Virus record (IMG/VR): IMGVR_UViG_3300043418_000114
Span: 124,001-188,000 of that record
Length of the DNA: 64,000 nucleotides
Reading direction: 5' to 3' (one strand)
A program made the position numbers and the translations under genes. Positions within the stretch are counted from its first letter, which is position 1; each line of letters opens with the position of its first letter. The notes beneath the pieces were generated by a model. It did no database searches. It was not told where the DNA came from and worked only from the letters and a program-made list of their open reading frames with translations. Below are positions 27,560-36,362 of this stretch, in pieces.

Positions 27560-27751
27560 ATGTTATCAGTTCTACTATCATTTTTAGTGTTAGCAGTCAT
27601 GGGCAGTATCGTGCCTATGATTGGACTACTAAGTGAAGGTACATCATACGGTTCGAAGTTAGAAGAATACATCACAAGTCGTAATCCAAAAGACACTGCC
27701 GATGTAGAGCGTTATACACGTGATTTTGATTCAAAGAAGAATTTTCTATGA
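27560..27751 (+). CDS. Small membrane-anchored protein
   Basis: TM then YGSKLEEYITSRNPKDTADVE. Confidence 0.6.
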   Translation: MLSVLLSFLVLAVMGSIVPMIGLLSEGTSYGSKLEEYITSRNPKDTADVERYTRDFDSKKNFL

Positions 27752-27831
27752 AGAAGTTTTTCCTAGCATTAATCGAAGCCATACAACTAGCACGTGACGC
27801 CCAAGCAAAAAGAATCGTTCGCGGATCATGA
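27748..27831 (+). CDS. 27-aa peptide
   Basis: ATGA-coupled at both ends: MKKFFLALIEAIQLARDAQAKRIVRGS. Confidence 0.45.
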   Translation: MKKFFLALIEAIQLARDAQAKRIVRGS

Positions 27832-28403
27832 TGCAAATTCACCACACTAACATATACAAGATTAGTGATTATAGTCGTCACTTGAAGGCGCTAACACCTG
27901 AGGATAAAGTCTCACGTTTTGGTTACCCTGCAAATGACTTCTCTATCGATCAAATGATTTTGAGTATGTGCTACAATCCTAGCGACCATGAACTATGGTA
28001 CGCACGTGATGATGGCGATAGAGTGGGCTGGGGACATATGGCAAAGAATCGTGATGGTTCTTGGGAACTAGCAGTTTCTGTTAACAAAGACTATCAACGT
28101 CAGGGCATTGGTAATATGCTTATTACTGAAATGCTCAGATGGGCTAAGTTTCACAAAATCAGTGAGGTGTATATGCACTGCATTGAAGATAACAAAGTCA
28201 TTCAACACTTAGCATCAAAAAACGAACTACAAACTAGAAGTCGTGGCGACGGTGAACGTACTGCCGCGATTGAAGTCCCTGAACCATCGTTCTTGGAAGC
28301 TAACACACAACTCTGGAAAGAGCAAAAAGAAATTTTCAACGAATTCAGTAAACTACGCAATCGCTTAACTCAATTATGGGCATTGCCAATGTTACCGAAA
28401 TAA
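27828..28403 (+). CDS. GNAT family acetyltransferase
   Basis: ELAVSVNKDYQRQGIG acetyl-CoA motif A; HLKALTPEDKVSRFG N-terminus. Confidence 0.85.
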   Translation: MMQIHHTNIYKISDYSRHLKALTPEDKVSRFGYPANDFSIDQMILSMCYNPSDHELWYARDDGDRVGWGHMAKNRDGSWELAVSVNKDYQRQGIGNMLITEMLRWAKFHKISEVYMHCIEDNKVIQHLASKNELQTRSRGDGERTAAIEVPEPSFLEANTQLWKEQKEIFNEFSKLRNRLTQLWALPMLPK

Positions 28404-28460
28404 TTGCATTACACAATGCAGTACAATAAACTTAACACACATTAACACAGGAGACAGAAA

Positions 28461-28733
28461 ATGTCACAATTCGAAGCACCAAAATTACCACAAGTTAAAT
28501 TCAACAAAAACGGCTATGAGATTCGCGCCGACGTTCTAGCAATGGCTAAGGAAGTAGTCATGCAAGACTATCAAGTTAAGATGCATGGTTGGGAAATCAC
28601 TGCTGGTCGTGATGAACGTACCGGTCAACTTACAACTACAGTAGCAATGCCAGAGTTTCCGGGCATGGACAAGATTCTAGAAGCCGCAGAAAAGATGTAT
28701 GTCTTCGTCAATCAAGGTTCTACACAAAAGTAA
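28461..28733 (+). CDS. Hypothetical protein
   Basis: KNGYEIRADVLAMAK...ILEAAEKMYVFV; strong RBS. Confidence 0.7.
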   Translation: MSQFEAPKLPQVKFNKNGYEIRADVLAMAKEVVMQDYQVKMHGWEITAGRDERTGQLTTTVAMPEFPGMDKILEAAEKMYVFVNQGSTQK

Positions 28734-28751
28734 TACTTTCTTACTAACAAC

Positions 28752-28775
28752 ATAGGCCCTATAGGGGCCTATTTC
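28752..28775 (+). terminator. Rho-independent terminator
   Basis: ATAGGCCC-TATAG-GGGCCTAT followed by a T-rich run. Confidence 0.7.
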
Positions 28776-28782
28776 ATTTTGG

Positions 28783-28811
28783 TTGACACTAAATGGGTTT
28801 GGACATATAAT
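28783..28811 (+). promoter_or_regulatory. Consensus sigma70 early promoter
   Basis: TTGACA-CTAAATGGGTTTGGACA-TATAAT. Confidence 0.8.
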
Positions 28812-28817
28812 GCAATC

Positions 28818-30101
28818 ATGAAAAAACTTATTATTCTCCTGTCTATCGTTTTAACTGCATGTGGCGGAGGTGGTGGCGGATCAGCCAGTACTGCAACTGC
28901 TCCAGTTAACCCATGTGTGTTGAAAACGTATAACTCTCAGCCTCTTCCTGAGTATGCAGGTGCTCATTCACTTCCTGCTCCGTCGAATTTGAAATTTGAT
29001 GCGTCGGTGCAACGTGCAATTGGATTGAAAGACTATTACCCAGGCGGCGAAAACAACGGCTGTGCATCTAACAAAGACTATGCTCGTCTGTTGTATCAGA
29101 AGACATTGGATCGACTGCAAACACTGAACATTGATGTTGTTGAAATCTACCAGTACGGACCAGTTGATGATTTCAATGCAACAACGTGGACTGCGGATAA
29201 ATCTAAATGGCAAATTCCAGAGAGTGAATTGATTTGGTTTATCAAAGAAGCAAATAGCAGAAACATCAAAGTGAGTTTGATCTGGCAACTGTGGGGCGTT
29301 GATTCCAAAGGCAACACCATTGATACCAGCATGTCTACATCCGAAGCCTACATGTTGAAGGTTCTTCGTGGCTGGCACAACATCATTGTTGATATGGCAA
29401 AGTTAGGTGGTAGCAATGGTCTAAACATGTTGACCATTGAGTGGAATGCGTTCTACTTTCCTGTGATGACTAATTATCCGGTGAGTGCAACGACCGAATT
29501 CGTAGCTATCGTGGATGATATTCGTCAATACTTTAATGGCAAGTTGTTCATGCAAGCATCGCCAATCTTCTTTGATGGCCGATTGCTCAACAAAGTAGAT
29601 GCAGTCATTGTGCCGCTGAACCCAGCGAACTGGACGCACGTAGATGACACAAACATGTCTGTTGGTCTACTCAAGAGTAGGTATGCAGATGATATTTTTG
29701 GTAAAGCACTTGCACTGTCGATTGCAACTGGTGTGAATGCATCTAGTATTCCTGTGATCTGGGACTTGAACATTCAGAGTCGTGACCGAGCATTAAGCGA
29801 TGGCTGGGTAGAAGATGGATTCTGCATCACACAGGTTGGCAGTTCACCAACGACCTTTTCTAACCCATCATGTATGCAAAAAAACTATGTAACTGATTTT
29901 AGTGTGCAGGCAAATGCAGTCGAGGCAGTGTTCCAAGCTATCAAAGAGCAAACATATGTAAAGACGTACGGCATTATTTTCAGCACTAGTTACTGGCTCA
30001 CTGACACCATGACACCTGGCGAAGAAGGCTTTCCTAATTTGTCACAAAGCATTCGTGGCAAGCCAGCAGAAACTATCGTGAAGAATTGGTTTAGTAAATA
30101 A
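28818..30101 (+). CDS. Lipoprotein with glycoside-hydrolase-like TIM barrel (GH113/clan-A-like)
   Basis: Lipobox LTA-C plus Gly linker; alternating beta/alpha pattern; LTIEWN candidate catalytic Glu. Confidence 0.5.
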   Translation: MKKLIILLSIVLTACGGGGGGSASTATAPVNPCVLKTYNSQPLPEYAGAHSLPAPSNLKFDASVQRAIGLKDYYPGGENNGCASNKDYARLLYQKTLDRLQTLNIDVVEIYQYGPVDDFNATTWTADKSKWQIPESELIWFIKEANSRNIKVSLIWQLWGVDSKGNTIDTSMSTSEAYMLKVLRGWHNIIVDMAKLGGSNGLNMLTIEWNAFYFPVMTNYPVSATTEFVAIVDDIRQYFNGKLFMQASPIFFDGRLLNKVDAVIVPLNPANWTHVDDTNMSVGLLKSRYADDIFGKALALSIATGVNASSIPVIWDLNIQSRDRALSDGWVEDGFCITQVGSSPTTFSNPSCMQKNYVTDFSVQANAVEAVFQAIKEQTYVKTYGIIFSTSYWLTDTMTPGEEGFPNLSQSIRGKPAETIVKNWFSK

Positions 30102-30104
30102 ACG

Positions 30105-30722
30105 ATGAAGTATAAAATCTTAGGTCGATTAGGTGGAAGTGGTCCATTCATTGCAACAGTCCTACAAAAGATGGGACTTGATGCTCAGTATGATCCTGTC
30201 AATAAGCCAGGTGACAATGATGTAGCTATTCTAGTTACATATCAATACGATATGTTTGCATGGGTGATGACTTCTCGCCATGTCGAAGACACCATATATC
30301 AATATAACTTGGGCAACCGTGAACGATTTGATGCGTGGATACAACACTATGTTGGCCCTGGTGATCCTCAAACGCTAGAAGAAATCTCAATGAGTGACTG
30401 GGCAGAACATGTGGTGCAAAGCTATAGACACATTGGTATGTATGCACCATTGAATGGAATCTTTGAAGATTTAGAATTGATCTGCAAAGATTCACTATGT
30501 GCAAAGCATGATTTGCCACTAGAATTGATTGTAGATAAACCAGAAGAAGCTATTAGTGTAATAGAAAAGATCACAGAAAAAACGATGGACAGTAATACTA
30601 AAGACTTCTTTTTATCTGAACTCAGCAAACAAAAGGCATTACTTTCAACATGGATGGAAGAATACGCTAAAGCAAAAGAAAAATCAACAGATAGTTATTT
30701 GTGGCTAAAACGGTTGACTTAG
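30105..30722 (+). CDS. Hypothetical protein (possibly sulfotransferase-like)
   Basis: 205 aa; weak resemblance only. Confidence 0.45.
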   Translation: MKYKILGRLGGSGPFIATVLQKMGLDAQYDPVNKPGDNDVAILVTYQYDMFAWVMTSRHVEDTIYQYNLGNRERFDAWIQHYVGPGDPQTLEEISMSDWAEHVVQSYRHIGMYAPLNGIFEDLELICKDSLCAKHDLPLELIVDKPEEAISVIEKITEKTMDSNTKDFFLSELSKQKALLSTWMEEYAKAKEKSTDSYLWLKRLT

Positions 30723-30742
30723 AATAATTTTGGGCATATAAT
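30714..30742 (+). promoter_or_regulatory. sigma70 early promoter
   Basis: TTGACT-N17-TATAAT. Confidence 0.75.
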
Positions 30743-30774
30743 ACACTCATTGTTCAACGCACCGGAGAAATCAA

Positions 30775-31041
30775 ATGGGTTACATCGTTTTTCATACTGC
30801 CGCACCTCACGCTGAAAAGCGTTATTTCAAGACTGCCGCAGGCGCGAAGCGTAGTGCAACTTGTTCTAATCGGAATGCCGGTACTAATGTGTACCAAGCA
30901 ATGGAAGAAACTTTCTTTGCTATCGTTCATCCTCGTGGCACCAAGACTGTAAAGAGTTTGATGACAGGTCAAAACGTTGAAATTCCGGAAGACACTCCTT
31001 GGTGTTGCAATCCTGCTAGCGAATCGTACTGGAGCATGTGA
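30775..31041 (+). CDS. Hypothetical early protein
   Basis: GGAG RBS; VKSLMTGQNVEIPEDTPWCCNPASESYWSM. Confidence 0.7.
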   Translation: MGYIVFHTAAPHAEKRYFKTAAGAKRSATCSNRNAGTNVYQAMEETFFAIVHPRGTKTVKSLMTGQNVEIPEDTPWCCNPASESYWSM

Positions 31042-31238
31042 TGAAAGTCTATCAACTGACCGCAAGACGAGCAGATGGTGGTATCACTGATTGGAACTAC
31101 AATCCAATCTATGCTACACTCGAAGGTGCTGAAAAGCAAAAAGAAATCGAATTCAATGCATACACCAAAGTCAACGGCGTGGTGATGTTTGAATGTCCCT
31201 ATATTTTTGAGATTAGAGAATTTGAGGTAAAAGAATGA
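31041..31238 (+). CDS. Hypothetical early protein
   Basis: Coupled ORF. Confidence 0.55.
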   Translation: MKVYQLTARRADGGITDWNYNPIYATLEGAEKQKEIEFNAYTKVNGVVMFECPYIFEIREFEVKE

Positions 31239-31459
31239 ACAACCGAATCAATGAACTCGCAGTCCAAGCTGGTGGAATCTGGCGTGGTGGCTATGTTGAA
31301 CAACCCAACGGTGATAGTGTCTACACAGACCAGAAGTTTGTTCACGGTGGAGACATGGATGTAGAACAATTCGCCCGACTGTTGGTGAAAGAATGTTGCG
31401 ATGTAGTTGATTACAACAATGCTCGGGCAATCGTTAATCATTTAGGAGTTGAAGAATGA
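31235..31459 (+). CDS. MNERIKEL-family cassette protein
   Basis: MNNRINELAVQA...EQFARLLVKEC...HLGVEE. Confidence 0.7.
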   Translation: MNNRINELAVQAGGIWRGGYVEQPNGDSVYTDQKFVHGGDMDVEQFARLLVKECCDVVDYNNARAIVNHLGVEE

Positions 31460-31659
31460 ACAAATACTTTCACATCGTTTATGTCCACCCCGTAGAGAAC
31501 GGTGAGCCCAACACTTACAAGGTTGTTCTTGAAAAAGAATTTACAACCAAACAGCAGGCAGACAAGTTCATTTTGTTGTTCAACACACCTGATATCAAAT
31601 TATATGTTGAGGCAGTCTATCTAGGCTGTGTCAACGATGAAACCGGAGAACTGGTATGA
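31456..31659 (+). CDS. Hypothetical early protein
   Basis: ATGA-coupled. Confidence 0.6.
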   Translation: MNKYFHIVYVHPVENGEPNTYKVVLEKEFTTKQQADKFILLFNTPDIKLYVEAVYLGCVNDETGELV

Positions 31660-31892
31660 ACGAACGAATTAAACAACTTGCTGAACAGGCTACGACTTAC
31701 ATTGAGCCAACATCAACAAGCGGTGAAGGTTGGATCTTTGACAAAGAAAAGTTCGCCGAGTTGATTGTCAAGGAATGTGCTAAAGTTATCGTGAACGGTG
31801 GTTATTGGTCGGGTGGTCCACTTGGTCCTAAGAGACAATGCACTCCGCCAGAGATTGCTCAAATGATTAAAGAATATTTTGGAGTTGAATGA
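31656..31892 (+). CDS. MNERIKEL-family cassette protein
   Basis: MNERIKQLAEQA...EKFAELIVKEC...EYFGVE. Confidence 0.75.
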   Translation: MNERIKQLAEQATTYIEPTSTSGEGWIFDKEKFAELIVKECAKVIVNGGYWSGGPLGPKRQCTPPEIAQMIKEYFGVE

Positions 31893-32098
31893 TGGACGAC
31901 TATAAACATTCAGTAAGTGTAATTCTTGTTGACAACATGAACCGATTACAACGAGGAGAAATCACTAAGCAACAATTACTGGCACTAGTCCACAGTCTAG
32001 AAGCGATTAGCATTGACGAAACGCAGAGCAATTTTTTCAAGTCGTATTATGAACTTTTGGATCAGGTTGAAAAACAACATTTCGGAGTTGAAGAATGA
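31889..32098 (+). CDS. Cassette protein sharing only the HFGVEE end
   Basis: Ends KQHFGVEE. Confidence 0.6.
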   Translation: MMDDYKHSVSVILVDNMNRLQRGEITKQQLLALVHSLEAISIDETQSNFFKSYYELLDQVEKQHFGVEE

Positions 32099-32277
32099 CA
32101 CGAGAACAAATGATGGCGTTGTTTGAAAAGTCCTGTGCTAACTGGGGATTTGATTTCACTAAAGATGATACAGGTCCTAATGGAGTAATCTATGCTTCAT
32201 ATGAAACCGGTGTGATGTTTGGCATGTTTGATATAGGCTTTGATACAGCAAAAGAACATTTTGGAGTTAAAGAATGA
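32095..32277 (+). CDS. Cassette protein sharing only the HFGVxE end
   Basis: Ends KEHFGVKE. Confidence 0.6.
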   Translation: MTREQMMALFEKSCANWGFDFTKDDTGPNGVIYASYETGVMFGMFDIGFDTAKEHFGVKE

Positions 32278-32540
32278 AAACAAATGACGAACTATTTGAT
32301 ATGGTGACAAAACTGGACCATCCTATGGCTCGTAAACTGAAAGAACTACGCATTGAGGCTTTCAAGTTGCCAACCACTAGTGATGCTGAAAAGTTTTTAT
32401 CAGAGTGGAAGAAGAACAACCCCGAAGAAGCAACAGCCATGCGTGAGTTTATCATGAGTATTGAAATTGAATATAAAGAAGGTCGCCGTGAAGTTAAATC
32501 ACAGTTAGGTTACAGTCGCATTGGATTGGGTAATGTATGA
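32274..32540 (+). CDS. Hypothetical early protein
   Basis: ATGA-coupled. Confidence 0.6.
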   Translation: MKTNDELFDMVTKLDHPMARKLKELRIEAFKLPTTSDAEKFLSEWKKNNPEEATAMREFIMSIEIEYKEGRREVKSQLGYSRIGLGNV

Positions 32541-32791
32541 ACAAACAACTAATATATGATCTTGCTGTAAAGCATAAGCATATTTGTGGTGAACTACCAT
32601 TGAATGTAGTTGAAGAACTCGCCCTTGTTGGATTGGAACTATTTGCTGAGGTAATTGTTCGGGAATGTATTAAGTCTATTCAATCAGACATGGATCGTGA
32701 GACAATGAACGGAACTATATCTTTAGCAAAACACGCAGGTATGGTATCAGCAAAAACGGTTATCAAAAAACACTTCGGAGTTGAAGAATGA
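32537..32791 (+). CDS. MNERIKEL-family cassette protein (divergent)
   Basis: ELFAEVIVREC...KKHFGVEE. Confidence 0.65.
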   Translation: MNKQLIYDLAVKHKHICGELPLNVVEELALVGLELFAEVIVRECIKSIQSDMDRETMNGTISLAKHAGMVSAKTVIKKHFGVEE

Positions 32792-32976
32792 CACGGTATT
32801 ATTTGAATCTAAAGTTTAACAACTTAGACAACAGTTTATATACTGATTATCAAGCTGTTATGCAGATTGAAATCATCACTGATGATATCAGTCACGCACA
32901 TTTGCTTGGTCAACGTTGGATGAAGGTCATGGACGCCGATGAATATCAACTGGTAAAAATGTACAAGGTATCGTAA
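32788..32976 (+). CDS. Hypothetical early protein
   Basis: ATGA-coupled. Confidence 0.55.
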   Translation: MTRYYLNLKFNNLDNSLYTDYQAVMQIEIITDDISHAHLLGQRWMKVMDADEYQLVKMYKVS

Positions 32977-33173
32977 TGGAACTGACGATTTCTATAGCCT
33001 TGATTGGTAAGAGTATGCTGTTCGCACTCTTATCGATGCTCTTGGTAATGTTCATTCTGTTTCCAATCAATGATCGCCCAACTAGTCGAGGGCAAGTTAT
33101 TGTTTGGATCATTAGTGAAGTGCTTCTACTCTCCGTGATCTTTGATTTTATTTCTTTTCGAATAGTTGCTTGA
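32976..33173 (+). CDS. Small two-TM membrane protein
   Basis: Two hydrophobic helices. Confidence 0.55.
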   Translation: MELTISIALIGKSMLFALLSMLLVMFILFPINDRPTSRGQVIVWIISEVLLLSVIFDFISFRIVA

Positions 33174-33198
33174 CAATAAATGGTTTTGGGTATATAAT
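33170..33198 (+). promoter_or_regulatory. Consensus sigma70 early promoter
   Basis: TTGACA-ATAAATGGTTTTGGGTA-TATAAT. Confidence 0.8.
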
Positions 33199-33229
33199 TC
33201 ATCCATTGTCAAACAAAACGGAGATTATC

Positions 33230-33472
33230 ATGAACAAAGCCAAAGTCACTAAAATTCTTGTTAACTGCAAAGATTTCAACGGTTACAAAAATTGCATCTT
33301 CATGATGAAGTCTGATGATTTCCGTCTGACTAACAGCTACATGGGCAATGTCATTGAGTTTGGCTACACAAAGATTGCTGATGGCAAATTCAACACAAAA
33401 GAACGTAAGTTTGTAACTGATGCTGGTGATACTTACAAAGTCTACCGCGATTGGTCAGCAGAAAAAATTTGA
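33230..33472 (+). CDS. Hypothetical early protein
   Basis: GGAG RBS before ATG 33230. Confidence 0.65.
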   Translation: MNKAKVTKILVNCKDFNGYKNCIFMMKSDDFRLTNSYMGNVIEFGYTKIADGKFNTKERKFVTDAGDTYKVYRDWSAEKI

Positions 33473-33479
33473 AAAATGG

Positions 33480-33508
33480 TTGACAGTAAATAATTTTGGA
33501 CATATAAT
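33480..33508 (+). promoter_or_regulatory. Consensus sigma70 early promoter
   Basis: TTGACA-GTAAATAATTTTGGACA-TATAAT. Confidence 0.8.
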
Positions 33509-33538
33509 ACAGTCATGTTTAATATACGGAGAATCAGA

Positions 33539-33742
33539 ATGTCACTCGAAGATGTAGCTCTTGGAATTGTCAACCCATCATTGCAAAATGGCGAAATGGC
33601 TGAATTCGATTATGGCACTTTGTTTTTGCACTGCACTGAAAAGACTAGTCGCAAAGTGTTCTCCGATCTGTTCATTGAATTCAACGGTAAAGTAAAAATC
33701 TCTACTGTTGGTTACGAATACGCAATTGACTTCACCGCTTAA
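33539..33742 (+). CDS. Hypothetical early protein
   Basis: GGAG RBS before ATG 33539. Confidence 0.6.
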   Translation: MSLEDVALGIVNPSLQNGEMAEFDYGTLFLHCTEKTSRKVFSDLFIEFNGKVKISTVGYEYAIDFTA

Positions 33743-33751
33743 GGAATAATC

Positions 33752-34528
33752 ATGCCAGGTTTTATTGACGTTTCTCATATGTCTAATGAAGATGTTCGTC
33801 GCATGGGTCATGCTGATGACTATGATGAAGAATACGTGCCTAGTAAACCATCGTATCCTACGTACACTCGTAGCACATACACTAACAAGCCTCGTGCTAC
33901 TCGCCAAGTTGTCAGCCACAAAGCTGATGATGTATGGTCTGCCTCATGTGCGGCATTCCGTATCAACGGTTCATATGTCAAAGTCGCTGTGGTTGATGAA
34001 CGTGGTCTTAAGACCAACCGTGCAATCATGGATGAACTCTTGCTGGATCCTACTAAGATCACCCAAGAAGATCGTGAACAAGGTGAAGCTGTTCGTCGTT
34101 ATTTTAAAAGCCAGACCTTTAAGATTCTTGAAGGCAGAGACTTGAGCCAGTTTATGCGTAGTGCAATGGAGATTGCAGAGAAGGATAACATCGCTTCGGC
34201 GTATGATATCGCTGTGATCACCAGCTTGCCTGCCACTTATGTTAATGCGGCTAAGCGTGATGGCGTCGATAGTCGTATCAAGTGGGCGCGTGGTGGCTAC
34301 ATTGGTGATGTAGGTCACAAAGTCGAAACTAAGATTGAAATCGTTAAGCGCCTGTGGTCTGAAAAGTATTCCACTTGGTATGTAACTGGTATCAATGAAC
34401 AAGATCAAGTTGTTTTCTTTTCTTTTAAGAAACAAGTTGAAATTGGTGATACAATGACTATCGAAGGCAAAGTCAAATCACAACGTGAAACTTCCACTCA
34501 ACTCTCTCATGTAAAGGTGAAATCATGA
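33752..34528 (+). CDS. Hypothetical protein with C-terminal OB-fold-like domain
   Basis: GGYIGDVGHKV...VEIGDTMTIEGKVKSQ...TQLSHVKV. Confidence 0.6.
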   Translation: MPGFIDVSHMSNEDVRRMGHADDYDEEYVPSKPSYPTYTRSTYTNKPRATRQVVSHKADDVWSASCAAFRINGSYVKVAVVDERGLKTNRAIMDELLLDPTKITQEDREQGEAVRRYFKSQTFKILEGRDLSQFMRSAMEIAEKDNIASAYDIAVITSLPATYVNAAKRDGVDSRIKWARGGYIGDVGHKVETKIEIVKRLWSEKYSTWYVTGINEQDQVVFFSFKKQVEIGDTMTIEGKVKSQRETSTQLSHVKVKS

Positions 34529-34649
34529 AAAACTTTATTCTTGGTACTATTTTTGGCATCGTCATTGCTACTGTCGGATTCGGTGGCATCGCAAAAATGC
34601 TTGACAACGGCATCGAGAAAACAAAAACAATCGCAGTGGAGAGCGCAAA

Positions 34650-34865
34650 ATGATCTTCACTAAAGAACAAATTGCACAAGCACTTGATGCACTGCCAAAA
34701 GAAAATCGCCCAGTGATGACTGCGATCATTGGTCAACTTCAGGCTAAACTGTTCGAACTCAAGCACGAAGTAAGCACCGATCCAATTAACAAGCCATTTG
34801 AATTGAATCCAAAGTTTGTTGCCAAGTGTGACGAAATCGGTCGTAGCCGTCGTCAATTTCAATAA
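34650..34865 (+). CDS. Hypothetical protein
   Basis: 71 aa with GGAG RBS. Confidence 0.6.
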   Translation: MIFTKEQIAQALDALPKENRPVMTAIIGQLQAKLFELKHEVSTDPINKPFELNPKFVAKCDEIGRSRRQFQ

Positions 34866-34873
34866 GGAGTTGA

Positions 34874-35116
34874 ATGATGAACGAACACACAAAACTACTT
34901 ATTATGAAGGCAGGTGGAATCATTTGTTCCACAGAAGCCACTGGTCACATTGACAAAATTGATTACTTACACTTTGATGCGGAAAAGTTCGCCGAGTTGC
35001 TTGTTAAGGAATGTGCGACCATAGACTTCACTGAAAAATCTAAAGGTAACTTCAATGCCCTGCAAACTAATTGGATTAGTAATATCATCATTGAACACTT
35101 TGAGGACGAAGAATGA
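34874..35116 (+). CDS. MNERIKEL-family cassette protein
   Basis: EKFAELLVKEC...IEHFEDEE. Confidence 0.7.
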   Translation: MMNEHTKLLIMKAGGIICSTEATGHIDKIDYLHFDAEKFAELLVKECATIDFTEKSKGNFNALQTNWISNIIIEHFEDEE

Positions 35117-35475
35117 GAACACTTAATAAAACAGGCTTGCTAATTTGTTTAGCATTGGTGTCTGCATCGGCCTTGCTTACTGGTTGCAATGAAAATCGTG
35201 ACCGAACAGTGGGCAACGTTGAATACGAAATCAAAGCTGATGGATGTGTTGTCAAAGCTATTGACAACCCCAAAGGTCCTAACTTCTTCATTGCTAAGTG
35301 CCCAGCGGCTAGCGAAACAACTACTTACCAATACCAACAGGGTAAGACTACACGACCACTGGCAACAGTAGTCACAAGTGACGACCTCCGCAATCAATTA
35401 GCTGAGGTTGAAGCAAAAGAAAAAGCCCTGTCTAAATTGACAGAAACAGAAAAGAAACTTCTAGGAGTACAATGA
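35113..35475 (+). CDS. Lipoprotein
   Basis: Lipobox LLTG-C. Confidence 0.65.
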   Translation: MRTLNKTGLLICLALVSASALLTGCNENRDRTVGNVEYEIKADGCVVKAIDNPKGPNFFIAKCPAASETTTYQYQQGKTTRPLATVVTSDDLRNQLAEVEAKEKALSKLTETEKKLLGVQ

Positions 35476-35635
35476 TGGAAATCAAATGGTTTATGATTGC
35501 AATGTCAGTGATGTTCGGTGGTGGCATGGCTGCCGCTGGTATTGGTGAATATCAAAAAGGTCAGTGTAAGATTGCTTACGTGCAGTCGAACAAGACTGCC
35601 GAAGAAATCAATCGAATCTGTAAGTGAAGTGAATC

Positions 35636-36079
35636 ATGGGTCTAGATATGTACGCATACGTTGGTCGTGCTGGACAACGTGAGGAATACTGGGACCAGTA
35701 TGGTGAAGATATTTCCGAGGATAAAAAAGTAAGTAAGCCTCAAGAACTTGCCTACTGGCGTAAACATCCCAATCTTCATGGTTGGATGGAACGACTTTGG
35801 TTGAGAAAGAATGGGTACGCACTTTCAGAAGATCAGCAGTTCATCGAAGGCAAGCAAGCGCCAGACTTCAACGGGGTTGAACTTGAATTGACCTTTGACG
35901 ATATTCTTGCACTTGAGCGTGATATCAATAATGGTAAGATGGCAAAGTTGGGTACTACTGGTTTCTTCTTTGGTAATCCTAGCGATGACCACTACAAAGA
36001 ATATGACCTTAAGTTTTGCATTGATGCTAAGGCAGAATTGTTCCTTGGTCGTAAAGTTTTCTACAATTCAAGTTGGTAG
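35636..36079 (+). CDS. Phage hypothetical protein (MGLDMY...YWRKHPNLHGWM type)
   Basis: Recurrent phage motif; ends FYNSSW. Confidence 0.75.
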   Translation: MGLDMYAYVGRAGQREEYWDQYGEDISEDKKVSKPQELAYWRKHPNLHGWMERLWLRKNGYALSEDQQFIEGKQAPDFNGVELELTFDDILALERDINNGKMAKLGTTGFFFGNPSDDHYKEYDLKFCIDAKAELFLGRKVFYNSSW

Positions 36080-36106
36080 CAACTAAATACGCTACACAGG
36101 TGCGGC

Positions 36107-36313
36107 ATGCTTAAAAATATAATAATCACAATTCTCGGTCTTTTCATTGTAGTCTTTTGGCTAAAAGAAGAACCAGAGGACATGGTGAGTGATGATCCAA
36201 ATGATGTTACAATTGAATACAAATGTAACGAACTGGATACGTATGAAAGTGTGCCTGTCGAAGTCATCGAAGAATGCAAGAGTCGTGGCTTTGCTGTGCG
36301 CGATACTATTTGA
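36107..36313 (+). CDS. Small membrane protein
   Basis: N-terminal TM and two Cys. Confidence 0.6.
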   Translation: MLKNIIITILGLFIVVFWLKEEPEDMVSDDPNDVTIEYKCNELDTYESVPVEVIEECKSRGFAVRDTI

Positions 36314-36338
36314 CATACAACCATCAATCTGATATAAT
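36310..36338 (+). promoter_or_regulatory. Consensus sigma70 promoter of the ligase
   Basis: TTGACA-N17-TATAAT. Confidence 0.75.
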
Positions 36339-36362
36339 CTATCAATTGATTAGGAGAAACTA

